Shown: piece after piece, positions 1 through 8,521 of the stretch
How positions within the stretch are numbered: position 1 is the stretch's first letter
How the letters are laid out: every line of letters begins with the position of its first letter
From: Oligoflexia bacterium
GTDB taxonomy: Bacteria; Bdellovibrionota; UBA1018
DNA length: 64,000 bases
Direction of reading: 5' to 3'
Assembly (NCBI GenBank): GCA_014376785.1
Contig: JACMQW010000014.1
Span: forward strand, 9,640 to 73,639
The notes under the pieces: generated by a model
What the model was told of the DNA's origin: nothing
The model's database searches: none
The model's input: the letters and a program-made list of their open reading frames with translations, nothing else
Translations under genes and position numbers: made by a program

Positions 1-927
1 CGAGGACTCAGAAGCCCGAAAAAGGGAATCCGTTTTCAAAGCAAAGTGGTCCATTCCGATTTCTGCATAACCATTTTCGAGCAACGCAGTTCGCGCGATT
101 TCATAGAGGATCCGTTTATCCGCCCCCGCTGGAAGGTCAGACTCCGTGAAAAGCCTCTGCACTGCCTTCATCCACGGAACATGAGCATAGGAATAGAGCG
201 CGATCCGATCCGGACGCAGTCTTAATGTTTGTTCCATGGACAAACGCATGCTCTCCGGATTCTGCTTCGGTAGACCGTAGATCAGGTCGAAGTTTACAGA
301 ATGAAAACCGAGCTCCCGAGCTTCACGCGTGAGGTTTTCAGTCATTTCGACAGGCTGGATGCGGTTCACGAGTTTTTGGACCTCAGGAGTGAAGTCTTGA
401 ACGCCCATGCTCACCCTTGTAAATCCGACCTCACGAAGCGCCTTCAGGTGTTCGCGGTTCGTGCGTCTAGGATCGACTTCGATCGACCGCTCCATCACCT
501 GACCCTCGGGGCCTTTCACAGCCGCAAGGATCGGAGCGAGCAGTTTCTTTAAGTTATCCGGAGAGAGAAAAGTCGGTGTTCCACCGCCCAGATGAATTTC
601 TTCCAGGACGCGATCCTGAATACCCGGAACCGCTTTCAAATAAAGTTCCCACTCGCGGTGCACGGCCGCGATGTACGGATCTTCTCGGTTATGGTTCTTT
701 GTAATCGAAGTATTGCAGCCACAAAAAGTGCAGAGGGTTTCACAAAAAGGAATATGGAGGTAGAGCGACCAACGCGCAGTCGGAACAGAAAAAGCCCGCT
801 TCAACTCCTCAGTCCAAATTTCCGTCGTTAGGCCTGCAGACTCCCAGTACGGGACGGTCGGGTAACTAGTGTAGCGAGGCGCCGGAACATCGTACTTTTC
901 GACTAAGTCACGGGCGACTGTACTCAT
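1..927 (-). CDS. hemN: Oxygen-independent coproporphyrinogen III oxidase (radical SAM, HemN/HemW family); C-terminus lies outside the window
   Basis: Manual reverse translation from ATG at 927 gives MSTVARDLVEKYDVPAPRYTSYPT...LYLHIPFCETLCTFCGCNT (the HemN N-terminal signature and CxxxCxxC radical-SAM cluster), continuing open to position 1. The start ATG overlaps the hemE stop as ATGA. Confidence 0.8.
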   Translation of the reverse strand, partial: MSTVARDLVEKYDVPAPRYTSYPTVPYWESAGLTTEIWTEELKRAFSVPTARWSLYLHIPFCETLCTFCGCNTSITKNHNREDPYIAAVHREWELYLKAVPGIQDRVLEEIHLGGGTPTFLSPDNLKKLLAPILAAVKGPEGQVMERSIEVDPRRTNREHLKALREVGFTRVSMGVQDFTPEVQKLVNRIQPVEMTENLTREARELGFHSVNFDLIYGLPKQNPESMRLSMEQTLRLRPDRIALYSYAHVPWMKAVQRLFTESDLPAGADKRILYEIARTALLENGYAEIGMDHFALKTDSLFRASESS

Positions 928-1964
928 CGAAACGTCCTCCGAATGATCTGAACAAATTCCCGGACGTTTTGCTCAGGCGTTTTCGGGAGCACTCCGTGAC
1001 CCAAACCACAGACCCATCCCGCGCGTTCCTCAGTCGAAAGCTTTATCAGTGGAGCGAGGTAACTTTCAACTCTCGCTCTAAAGTCGTTGGGCTCAGAGAA
1101 GAGCAGTGCCTCATCAAAATTACCTTGAACGAATCCTGACCTTGGAGCGCGATTACGTAGAACCTCTGAAAGATCCCATCGGTGATCGACCCCCTGGCCT
1201 GCGAAAACTCCTTCGCGCCAGATCGGGTCTACAAAATAGGCGGACTGCGTCCCTTTTGAATAATAGCCAAGTTTTCCAGGAAAGGAGCGAGCCAGCTTTT
1301 CGATTTCAGGCAGAATTTTTTCTCGGTACAACCACGGCGAAATTTCACCGGCAGCCGTGTCAAAAAGCATAACGATCTCCGCTCCACCCTCGAACTGGAG
1401 TTCGATATTTCTTAAAAGAAGCGGAATCACTTTTTCGCAAAAAGCAGGAAAAAGTCCAAGATGAGATTTCACTTCCTGGAGCGATCCCGCATGTCGTCCT
1501 TGGACGGCGTAAGTAAAGAGCGTCCATGGACTCCCTACAAAACCGATCAGGCTTTTATCAGGAGGAAGCATTCGCCGAGTAGCGGAAAGTGCTTCCCGCT
1601 GGAATTGGAGACCTTCGATCGCTTCATCCACAGGGCGCAATCGATGAACGCTCTCGCCGGTCAGGTGCCAACCGAGTTGAGGCCCTTGAGAATCAGAGTA
1701 AGTCAGTCCCATCCCCATGGCTTCCAATGGAAAGAGGAGGTCACTGAAAAAAATCGAGACGTCGAAGTCGAAGTCCTCGATGGGCCCGAGCGCAACGGCT
1801 GCCGCCAATCTCGGGTCCTTGCAAAGCTCCATGAAACTGTGCTTTTTCCGAAGCGCCTGATAGTGCGCGTGGTATCGGCCGGCTTGGCGCATAAACCAAA
1901 CGGGAGGCGTTGCCTGCGGTTCTCCACGAAGGGCGGCTTGAAATCTCGGGTTTCCAATCTTCAT
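924..1964 (-). CDS. hemE: Uroporphyrinogen decarboxylase
   Basis: Contains the PPVWFMRQAGRY signature. Start assigned to the internal MKIGNPRF (ATG at 1964), which gives about 347 aa and avoids a 100-bp overlap with the upstream response regulator. The ORF-track start at 2072 is the alternative. Confidence 0.85.
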   Translation of the reverse strand: MKIGNPRFQAALRGEPQATPPVWFMRQAGRYHAHYQALRKKHSFMELCKDPRLAAAVALGPIEDFDFDVSIFFSDLLFPLEAMGMGLTYSDSQGPQLGWHLTGESVHRLRPVDEAIEGLQFQREALSATRRMLPPDKSLIGFVGSPWTLFTYAVQGRHAGSLQEVKSHLGLFPAFCEKVIPLLLRNIELQFEGGAEIVMLFDTAAGEISPWLYREKILPEIEKLARSFPGKLGYYSKGTQSAYFVDPIWREGVFAGQGVDHRWDLSEVLRNRAPRSGFVQGNFDEALLFSEPNDFRARVESYLAPLIKLSTEERAGWVCGLGHGVLPKTPEQNVREFVQIIRRTFR

Positions 1965-1971
1965 TCGGTAC

Positions 1972-2643
1972 TCATTTCTGCGGCCCAACCCACTGATATC
2001 CCACTCCACGGACGGATTGGATCCATTGGTGACCATCGTGTTCGATGACTTGGCGAAGGCGAACGATCGCATTGTCTACGGTTCGATTCGAAGGAAAATT
2101 TTCTTCCCCCCAAACAGAATCCAAAATTTCATCCCGGCTTACCACTCGAGGACTAACCGACACGAGGTAGCGAAGAAGCTGAAAGTCTTTCACCGGAAGG
2201 GCTTCGACCACGCCGTCGGCACGAGTGACTGCCATTCGCTCAAAATCGATCGTGATTTTGCCGTAATTCACTTTTCTCAAAACGGCGTGATTTTCCAACA
2301 CGTGTTTCACCCGCATTAAAATCTCTTTCAAATGGAACGGCTTAGGAATGAATTCTTCCGCTCCCAATTCAAATCCGCGCAATCTTTCCGGTGCGCCCGC
2401 CTGAGCGGTCAAAAAAAGAAAAGGAGTCATTCCAGCGCGGCGGATGGTTTCCGCAAGTTCGAAACCGGAACCATCCGGAAGTCCCACATCTAAAATAACC
2501 AAGTCAACCGGCTTCGATTTAAAGTCTTTCTCTGCTTGAGCCACGGTTTTCGACCAAAGCATCGAATAGCCTTCTTTCTCCAACCGCTCTTTCAAAGTCG
2601 CACCGAGTGAAATGTCATCTTCCACGAGGAGAAGCGTTTTCAT
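1972..2643 (-). CDS. OmpR/PhoB-family response regulator (receiver plus winged-helix domains)
   Basis: N-terminal receiver motifs ([25 protein letters not shown]) and a C-terminal trans_reg_C-like segment (LLRYLVSVSPRVVSRDEILDSVWG). Overlaps the kinase gene by 4 bp. Confidence 0.85.
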   Translation of the reverse strand: MKTLLLVEDDISLGATLKERLEKEGYSMLWSKTVAQAEKDFKSKPVDLVILDVGLPDGSGFELAETIRRAGMTPFLFLTAQAGAPERLRGFELGAEEFIPKPFHLKEILMRVKHVLENHAVLRKVNYGKITIDFERMAVTRADGVVEALPVKDFQLLRYLVSVSPRVVSRDEILDSVWGEENFPSNRTVDNAIVRLRQVIEHDGHQWIQSVRGVGYQWVGPQK

Positions 2644-3536
2644 GACGTTCCAACCTCCGGTAAAGACAGGTCCAAGGGAAAACCTTTTCCTTCACCGGCT
2701 AATTTTAATTCTCCACCCATTCGTACGAGGAGAAAATTTGAGAGGTGGAGTCCGATGCCGCTTCCGCTCCGGGTGGTGTGTCGATGGAAGAGCCGCCCGA
2801 CAGCGGCCAGGTCCCCTTGGAAACCGATCCCGTTATCGCGAAACGAGATCCAAATCATGCGATTTTCCCGACGAATGCTTAGACTCACTTCGGTCGCGTC
2901 GCCGTGGACGCGCGCGTTTTGAATGAGATTTTTCAGGATGCTTTCGAATGCCCGACGATCAGCGAGCACGAAAGCTTCCCCGTCTAGGAGAACCGACAGC
3001 CCGGGAAAGTTACTTCGCACTCTTTCAACGAGGACCTGGATCGAGATAGATTCTAAGTGAATCTGATCTGCCCCATTTGCGGTCGCAAGGAAAAGAGCGT
3101 TATCTAGCTGAAGTTCTAAGCGGCTGGCATCCTCGAGAAGACGACCGACTAATGGATTCGCGGAAGGTTCTAGATCTTCCTGGAGGACCTCGGCCTGAAG
3201 CCTCAGACTCGCCAGCGGCGTTTTCAATTCATGGGTAAACGTCGCGAAAAACCGTTTCATTTCCTCTGCTCTGCGAATTTCCCGAAAGAGAAGAATCAGG
3301 AGACTCGCTCCACCTAGCAAGAGAAGCGCAATGAATGCGAGCCCTTCTGAGAAAAGCATTCGATGCTGAGCTCGGAACTGATTCGCAAGCGCGGGTTCCA
3401 GAGCGCTCAACATTCCGACTTGCCGAAGTCCGTGGATCATCCACCAGCTCGCCAGCGCAAGGGTGAGAAAAAGCCAGATTGCAACGAGCGCGAAGGCTAC
3501 TTTCTGGGTAGACGGTTGGGCGGGTTTCGAGATCAT
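2640..3536 (-). CDS. Sensor histidine kinase with two TM helices and a short (about 30 aa) extracytoplasmic loop
   Basis: H-box [19 protein letters not shown] and an HATPase_c G-box [20 protein letters not shown]. Two N-terminal hydrophobic segments. Overlaps hemL by 4 bp. Confidence 0.85.
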   Translation of the reverse strand: MISKPAQPSTQKVAFALVAIWLFLTLALASWWMIHGLRQVGMLSALEPALANQFRAQHRMLFSEGLAFIALLLLGGASLLILLFREIRRAEEMKRFFATFTHELKTPLASLRLQAEVLQEDLEPSANPLVGRLLEDASRLELQLDNALFLATANGADQIHLESISIQVLVERVRSNFPGLSVLLDGEAFVLADRRAFESILKNLIQNARVHGDATEVSLSIRRENRMIWISFRDNGIGFQGDLAAVGRLFHRHTTRSGSGIGLHLSNFLLVRMGGELKLAGEGKGFPLDLSLPEVGTS

Positions 3537-4858
3537 GAGTGGCGCAAACTCCTGACGGATTTGCGCGTTTTTTCCAAAACCGAGCTCAGAATTTCTTCAC
3601 TGTGCGCAAGTCCGATGAATCCGACCTCAAAACCACTCGGCGGCAAATAGACTCCCGCCTCGAGAAGAGCGCGAAAGAGCGGTGAAAAGCGCGCATTCAC
3701 GTCTTTAGGTAAGGTTTCGAAAGAGCGGATGGGTTTGCTTTTCGGATCTTGGTCATCGGGATGGATCCAAAAGAGCGAAGCGAACCTTTTTACGGAAAAC
3801 GCAGCTTGCTCTTCGCGAAATATTTTTTCGAGCGAAGAAGTGAATGCAGCCGTTCGCTTTTCAAGTACTTCATAGACGTTCGCGGACTGAATTTTTTTCA
3901 GCGTGGCCAAGCCCGCACGCATCCCGAGAGGATTCGCACTGAGGGTTCCTGCTTGATAAACCGCGCCCGAAGGAGCAACCAGATCCATGAGTTCGCGACG
4001 GCCACCATAGGCTCCGACGGGGAGTCCACCTCCGATAATTTTTCCAAAGGTCATGAGGTCAGGACTCATCCCCAGGATCCTGGCCATGCCTCCGATGCCC
4101 ACTCGGAAACCGGAAATCACTTCATCAAAAATCACTAAACTTCCTGCGCGCTTTGCTTCTTGCGCAACAAAACGAAGAAACTCTTCCCGCTGAATCATCA
4201 AACCTGCGTTTGCAGGAAGCGGTTCTAAAATGACCGCGGCAATCGAAGGACCATGGGCTTCGAATATTTTTCGCACTCCCTCTTCGTCATCGAGCGATGC
4301 CACTAGGGTATCGCCGATCATCGAGCCGGAAATTCCGGCGCTGTCCGAAGCGCTGGAACCTGCTAATCCACTTCCCGCTTTTACCAATAGGGAATCCACG
4401 TGACCGTGGTAGCAGCCTTCAAATTTTAAAATTTTCTGTCTTCCGGTCGCCGCACGCGCAACGCGAAGGGCGCTCATCACCGCCTCGGTTCCTGACGTGA
4501 CGAACCTCAATTTTTCCACCGGAGAGACCCGCGACGTGATCCATTCCGCAAGCTCAAGGGAATAAGGTTCGCAAGTTCCGAAAGTCCATCCGCCATCCAC
4601 TGCCGACTTCAGAACTTCTTTCACATCCGGATCTTGGTGTCCGAGAATCATGGGACCAAAAGCCTGACAAAAATCGACGTATTCTTTTCCTTCTACCGAA
4701 GTCAAGATGGCGCCTTTTCCAGATTTGAAAAATACCGGCGTGCCGCCCACACTTTTGAAGGCTCGTACCGGACTGTGCACGCCTCCGGGAGCTACTTTCA
4801 AACTCCGTTCAAAAAGCGCTGCAGAATGATTCGGGAGATCCGTCGAATGAGAAGTCAT
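3533..4858 (-). CDS. hemL: Glutamate-1-semialdehyde 2,1-aminomutase
   Basis: 441 aa with the class III aminotransferase pattern and [14 protein letters not shown], typical of HemL. Confidence 0.9.
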   Translation of the reverse strand: MTSHSTDLPNHSAALFERSLKVAPGGVHSPVRAFKSVGGTPVFFKSGKGAILTSVEGKEYVDFCQAFGPMILGHQDPDVKEVLKSAVDGGWTFGTCEPYSLELAEWITSRVSPVEKLRFVTSGTEAVMSALRVARAATGRQKILKFEGCYHGHVDSLLVKAGSGLAGSSASDSAGISGSMIGDTLVASLDDEEGVRKIFEAHGPSIAAVILEPLPANAGLMIQREEFLRFVAQEAKRAGSLVIFDEVISGFRVGIGGMARILGMSPDLMTFGKIIGGGLPVGAYGGRRELMDLVAPSGAVYQAGTLSANPLGMRAGLATLKKIQSANVYEVLEKRTAAFTSSLEKIFREEQAAFSVKRFASLFWIHPDDQDPKSKPIRSFETLPKDVNARFSPLFRALLEAGVYLPPSGFEVGFIGLAHSEEILSSVLEKTRKSVRSLRHS

Positions 4859-4871
4859 GAAACCACCTCGT

Positions 4872-5849
4872 CTAGATGCCTAATTTTTTTGCGTAGCGTG
4901 CACCGTAAGTAATCACATATTGCGCGCCAGCGCGCTTGAAAACAGACCATGTTTCCAAAAGAGCGGGCTCAAATTTCAACAGTCCTTTTTCTTCCAGCAC
5001 ATCGAGCGCGGCATATTCCCCGCTGACTTGGTATGCGCCCACTGCTAAGCCCGTGCGGGTGTGAATCTCCCGGATGAGGTCGATCGATGACATGCCCGGC
5101 TTCACCATCAGAAGGTCTGCGCCCTCTTCCGCGCAGCGATCACTCGAACCAAGCGCGTCATCACGATTCCGAACGTCGATTTGGTATTCGTTCCGGTCAC
5201 CAAATTGGGGAGCACTATCCGCTGCATTTCGAAAGGGACCATAGAAATGGCTCGCAAACTTCGTCGAATAACTCATGATCGGAGCGAGGTCTTTCCCGGC
5301 TCCGTCCAATTTCTCACGGATCGCAGCGACTCGGCCATCTTGCATGTCACTTGGGCTAATCGCGTCCGCTCCCGCTTCGATGTATGAAAGCGCTAGACTT
5401 GATATTTCATTCAACGTCGTCTCTAAATCCTGACGAGCTGAATCTGAGTGATAGACGCAGCAATGACCACTCTCGGTTAAGGAACAGAGGCAAGCATCAA
5501 CCCAAAGGTAGAGGTCACTTCCGAAACGCTTCCGGATCGATTGGATCATTCGAGTGGAAAATGCGTGATCGAAATCTCTCTTTTTTTTGCCGGCAGGAAC
5601 ATTGAATAGAATGAATTGGGTGACGCCGTTTTCAAGGTCCTTCTCGATTTGTTTCAGCGTCGATTCGAGATTTTGCCGAAAAGTTCCGCGCAGGCCAGGA
5701 ATCGGTTCATCCGCTTTCACACTTTCCACCGCAAACAGAGGTTGGATCAGTTGGGAGCGATTAAAATCGACCGTAGAAAGCAAATTCCTAAGATGGGGAG
5801 AGCCTCGAAGCCGCTGGAGTCTTTTCACGATTGAAATTCCTTTCGCCAT
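4872..5849 (-). CDS. hemB: Porphobilinogen synthase (delta-aminolevulinic acid dehydratase)
   Basis: 325 aa with [18 protein letters not shown] (active-site Lys region) and a conserved N-terminus ([11 protein letters not shown]...LIQPLFAVE). Confidence 0.9.
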   Translation of the reverse strand: MAKGISIVKRLQRLRGSPHLRNLLSTVDFNRSQLIQPLFAVESVKADEPIPGLRGTFRQNLESTLKQIEKDLENGVTQFILFNVPAGKKKRDFDHAFSTRMIQSIRKRFGSDLYLWVDACLCSLTESGHCCVYHSDSARQDLETTLNEISSLALSYIEAGADAISPSDMQDGRVAAIREKLDGAGKDLAPIMSYSTKFASHFYGPFRNAADSAPQFGDRNEYQIDVRNRDDALGSSDRCAEEGADLLMVKPGMSSIDLIREIHTRTGLAVGAYQVSGEYAALDVLEEKGLLKFEPALLETWSVFKRAGAQYVITYGARYAKKLGI

Positions 5850-7414
5850 TCATCGATGCTCGAAAAAATTCGTGGCTCGATGGTTTTCTCCATTTTCGCA
5901 GACAGCCGCTCTCTTAAACGGAATCGCGTGTGACCCGGCCCGCAGCTATGGTGGGCAGAAAAAATGTCTGGATTTAATTTCGCACAGTAGTCAAACAAGC
6001 TTCCGCTCATCCAATAGAAATGGGTAACGCTTCCTAAATGCGCCGAGAATTCTCCCAAATGGTTCGCCATATCGCTTCGCTCTGCTAACTCGTACGTCGC
6101 AAGCAAAGGAAATTCTCCCTGCACTCCGTCCGTGTGACCGAGCTTCGTGAACGGAACCACTCTTCCCACTAACGTTTGGATTCGCGCCGCTTCGCTTTCG
6201 CCGAGTCCTTCGGCAGATCCATTCACCCACACACCCCGAGTAGCTAACTTTTTCCAACTCGAAAGCCCACTCGTCCAAACGATTTGCTCGGATGAAATTC
6301 TCCAATTTTTAGGCAACGCTTCTGCCTTAGAAATCCAGAGCGCGCCGCCCGGATTTTGGGCGGGGACAATTTTGCGCGTGAACGGAGAAAAAGCACCCGG
6401 AAGCGGGAACAAGACGTTTCTCGAGGGCCCGGCTTCCACATCATCGACTCTTGAGGGCACGGAATTTTCTGAGCGATTTGCGCGTAGCTGAAACTCTCTC
6501 AGCTCTCCATCGCGGTCAGTGAGCCCCCGGAGGCTTAGCACCGTTCCATAATCGCGCGGGAGAACGGCGACTCCGATTTTTTGGTGGCAGCCTCCCCCAT
6601 GACCTCTTAAGATTTCTCTCTCCTCAGTCACTGAAGAATAAGTAGATGCACAATTAATCTGGCTCAAAATTTCTTCGAGGTCTTTCCGGTCCGAGCGCAC
6701 TTCGATTGCGAGCGCCCCCTGAGCAGCGGCAGGAGGATTCGCCGAAATGGGTAAAACCATCCACGACTTCTGACTCAGAGTTTTGCGAATTTCGGACCGC
6801 ACTTCCGCCCATTCTGGATGAGTCGTTTCCAAAATGCGGTCCAGCGCGGCTTTAGCGACGATGAGCCCATCGGCTTCTCCCTCGACTAACTTCCTTAATC
6901 TCGTCGGGACATTTCCCCGCACCGACAGAAACTCGATCTCGGCGTGTCCGCGATCGGGAGAAGCCGGTAAGTACTCGGAGAGAAAGGGAGTGAGATTGTA
7001 CGCTCGGCGAGGCGATGACGAGAGAATCTTCACGACTTTTAGGCCAGCGCCGGTCAAAGCGTCACGACTCGATTTTTTAAAAAGCAGGAGGTCCCGCATG
7101 TCCGCCCGAGGGAGAGTCGCTGCGATTCGAGTTTCTGGGCGTGTTTCGGTGGGTAAGTCTTTCCACGAATGCACCACGAGGTCGCACGCTCCGGAAAGTA
7201 AATCAGCGCGGAAATCTTCGGTGAAAACTCCCTTTTCCGGCATTTTCCAAAGCGGGTCGCTTTGGTTTAAGTCACCGAGTGATTTGCGGAAGGCATATTC
7301 AATTTCGGCACCCACGGATTTTTCAAGCGTCTCGCCTACGGTGTAAGCCTGAATTCGGGCGAGGTCGCTCGTACGGGCGGCGATTCGAATCTTCAGCCGC
7401 ACAAATCCTCCCAC
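5825..7414 (-). CDS. hemC: Porphobilinogen deaminase fused to a C-terminal domain of about 220 aa, probably uroporphyrinogen-III synthase (HemC-HemD fusion)
   Basis: HemC motifs in the N-terminal 300 aa: IRIAARTSDLARIQA, SWKDLPTE, GALAIEVRSD and GGGCHQKIGVAVL. The ORF then continues for roughly 220 more aa with no stop. Assigning that C-terminal part to HemD is inference from its operon position. Confidence 0.7.
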   Translation of the reverse strand: MGGFVRLKIRIAARTSDLARIQAYTVGETLEKSVGAEIEYAFRKSLGDLNQSDPLWKMPEKGVFTEDFRADLLSGACDLVVHSWKDLPTETRPETRIAATLPRADMRDLLLFKKSSRDALTGAGLKVVKILSSSPRRAYNLTPFLSEYLPASPDRGHAEIEFLSVRGNVPTRLRKLVEGEADGLIVAKAALDRILETTHPEWAEVRSEIRKTLSQKSWMVLPISANPPAAAQGALAIEVRSDRKDLEEILSQINCASTYSSVTEEREILRGHGGGCHQKIGVAVLPRDYGTVLSLRGLTDRDGELREFQLRANRSENSVPSRVDDVEAGPSRNVLFPLPGAFSPFTRKIVPAQNPGGALWISKAEALPKNWRISSEQIVWTSGLSSWKKLATRGVWVNGSAEGLGESEAARIQTLVGRVVPFTKLGHTDGVQGEFPLLATYELAERSDMANHLGEFSAHLGSVTHFYWMSGSLFDYCAKLNPDIFSAHHSCGPGHTRFRLRERLSAKMEKTIEPRIFSSIDEWRKEFQS

Positions 7415-8385
7415 CCTTGGGTACGGATCTGCATCGATTCCGAATCGATGCGCGCTGCGGAAAGTTCGGAAATCATCAGGGAAGCTTTCTTCCTCCGTTC
7501 CGCACTCGCTTCATCGACCGATTTGGATTGGCGGAAAAAATCATGAAGATCGACGACTTCTGACGGAATCAGGAGCGGATCTACGGCACAGTTACCGCGG
7601 AAATCAAAAACCAACGAAGGAAAAATCCCGCCCGCTTCGGCATTTTCTTTTAAGCCCTTGAGCACGCGCGCCGCCGAAATGGGTGCAGCCAAAATCATCA
7701 CTTCACCCACTGCTGAGAAAGTTGGTGACTCGGTACTCATGCATGACCAATAGAGGGACTGCACGGGGATTTTCATTTCTTTCGCACAAGCTTTTTCAAA
7801 ACTCATTTTTCCAATTTCTGAACGATGGAAAATCGTGACCGGCTTTTGCGGAGAAATAATCCAAGGGAGGATGGCTTTGGCAAGTTCTCCCGTTCCGACT
7901 AACGAAATGGGGGAATGTGAATATCTGGTAGGCGAATCACTTAACCGTTCATTCACGATCCGACGGACAAAGCTTCCATAGGAATGATTGCCTAAGTTTA
8001 AGGGGTACATCGCCCGCACGCGCTTCATGTCGGCGAGGAGCACCTGGGGTAAGCGCCCGAATTCTTGCTGATACGCTAAAGGCATTCCCGATTTCAGAAA
8101 GCGTTTTTTGAATTGGCCGACGATTTCGTTTTCGCCTAAAACTTTTGAATGCAAGCCACAGAGCACCTCGAGCAAAAACGCATAGGCTGCTTCGCCGTGG
8201 AATATTTCATCTTCATCATCCTGAGCAAATGCGGAAACCGCAGGGGCACTCCCCAAAAGAATTTGCCTCAAACACGTTTCCCAAAGAACCACGCCAGGCA
8301 GGCCTTGCAAAACTGGATTCAATGCGAAAGGAGTCTGAGCGGTGGTGCCAGTCTTCCGATGAATGAGAGTGAGGTGTCGGAACAT
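7393..8385 (-). CDS. hemA: Glutamyl-tRNA reductase, short form of about 330 aa
   Basis: Catalytic cysteine region VVLWETCLRQIL (compare ILSTCNRTE) and the NADPH-binding LVGTGELAKAI. It is about 90 aa shorter than canonical GluTR and so likely lacks the C-terminal dimerisation domain. Confidence 0.75.
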   Translation of the reverse strand: MFRHLTLIHRKTGTTAQTPFALNPVLQGLPGVVLWETCLRQILLGSAPAVSAFAQDDEDEIFHGEAAYAFLLEVLCGLHSKVLGENEIVGQFKKRFLKSGMPLAYQQEFGRLPQVLLADMKRVRAMYPLNLGNHSYGSFVRRIVNERLSDSPTRYSHSPISLVGTGELAKAILPWIISPQKPVTIFHRSEIGKMSFEKACAKEMKIPVQSLYWSCMSTESPTFSAVGEVMILAAPISAARVLKGLKENAEAGGIFPSLVFDFRGNCAVDPLLIPSEVVDLHDFFRQSKSVDEASAERRKKASLMISELSAARIDSESMQIRTQGWEDLCG

Positions 8386-8521
8386 AGAAAAAGCATGCGC
8401 CCGAAACTCCCCCCATTTGTCACAGAATTGTCATAAGCGGAGCACAAACTAGCTCAGCCGCAAAGCGGCATAACTCTCGATTTTAATTCACATTTTAAAA
8501 CTCGCTCAGTACAACCCAGAA

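Noticed and set aside
301-831. Two small plus-strand ORFs (83 and 79 aa)
   Set aside because: They lie antisense within the hemN radical-SAM coding region, which is confirmed by the CxxxCxxC motif on the minus strand.
1972-2072. Longer hemE start (MRSFAFAK..., ORF-track start 2072)
   Set aside because: It would overlap the response-regulator gene by 100 bp. The conserved HemE N-terminus (RFQAALRGEP...PVWFMRQAGRY) begins just after the internal Met at 1964.
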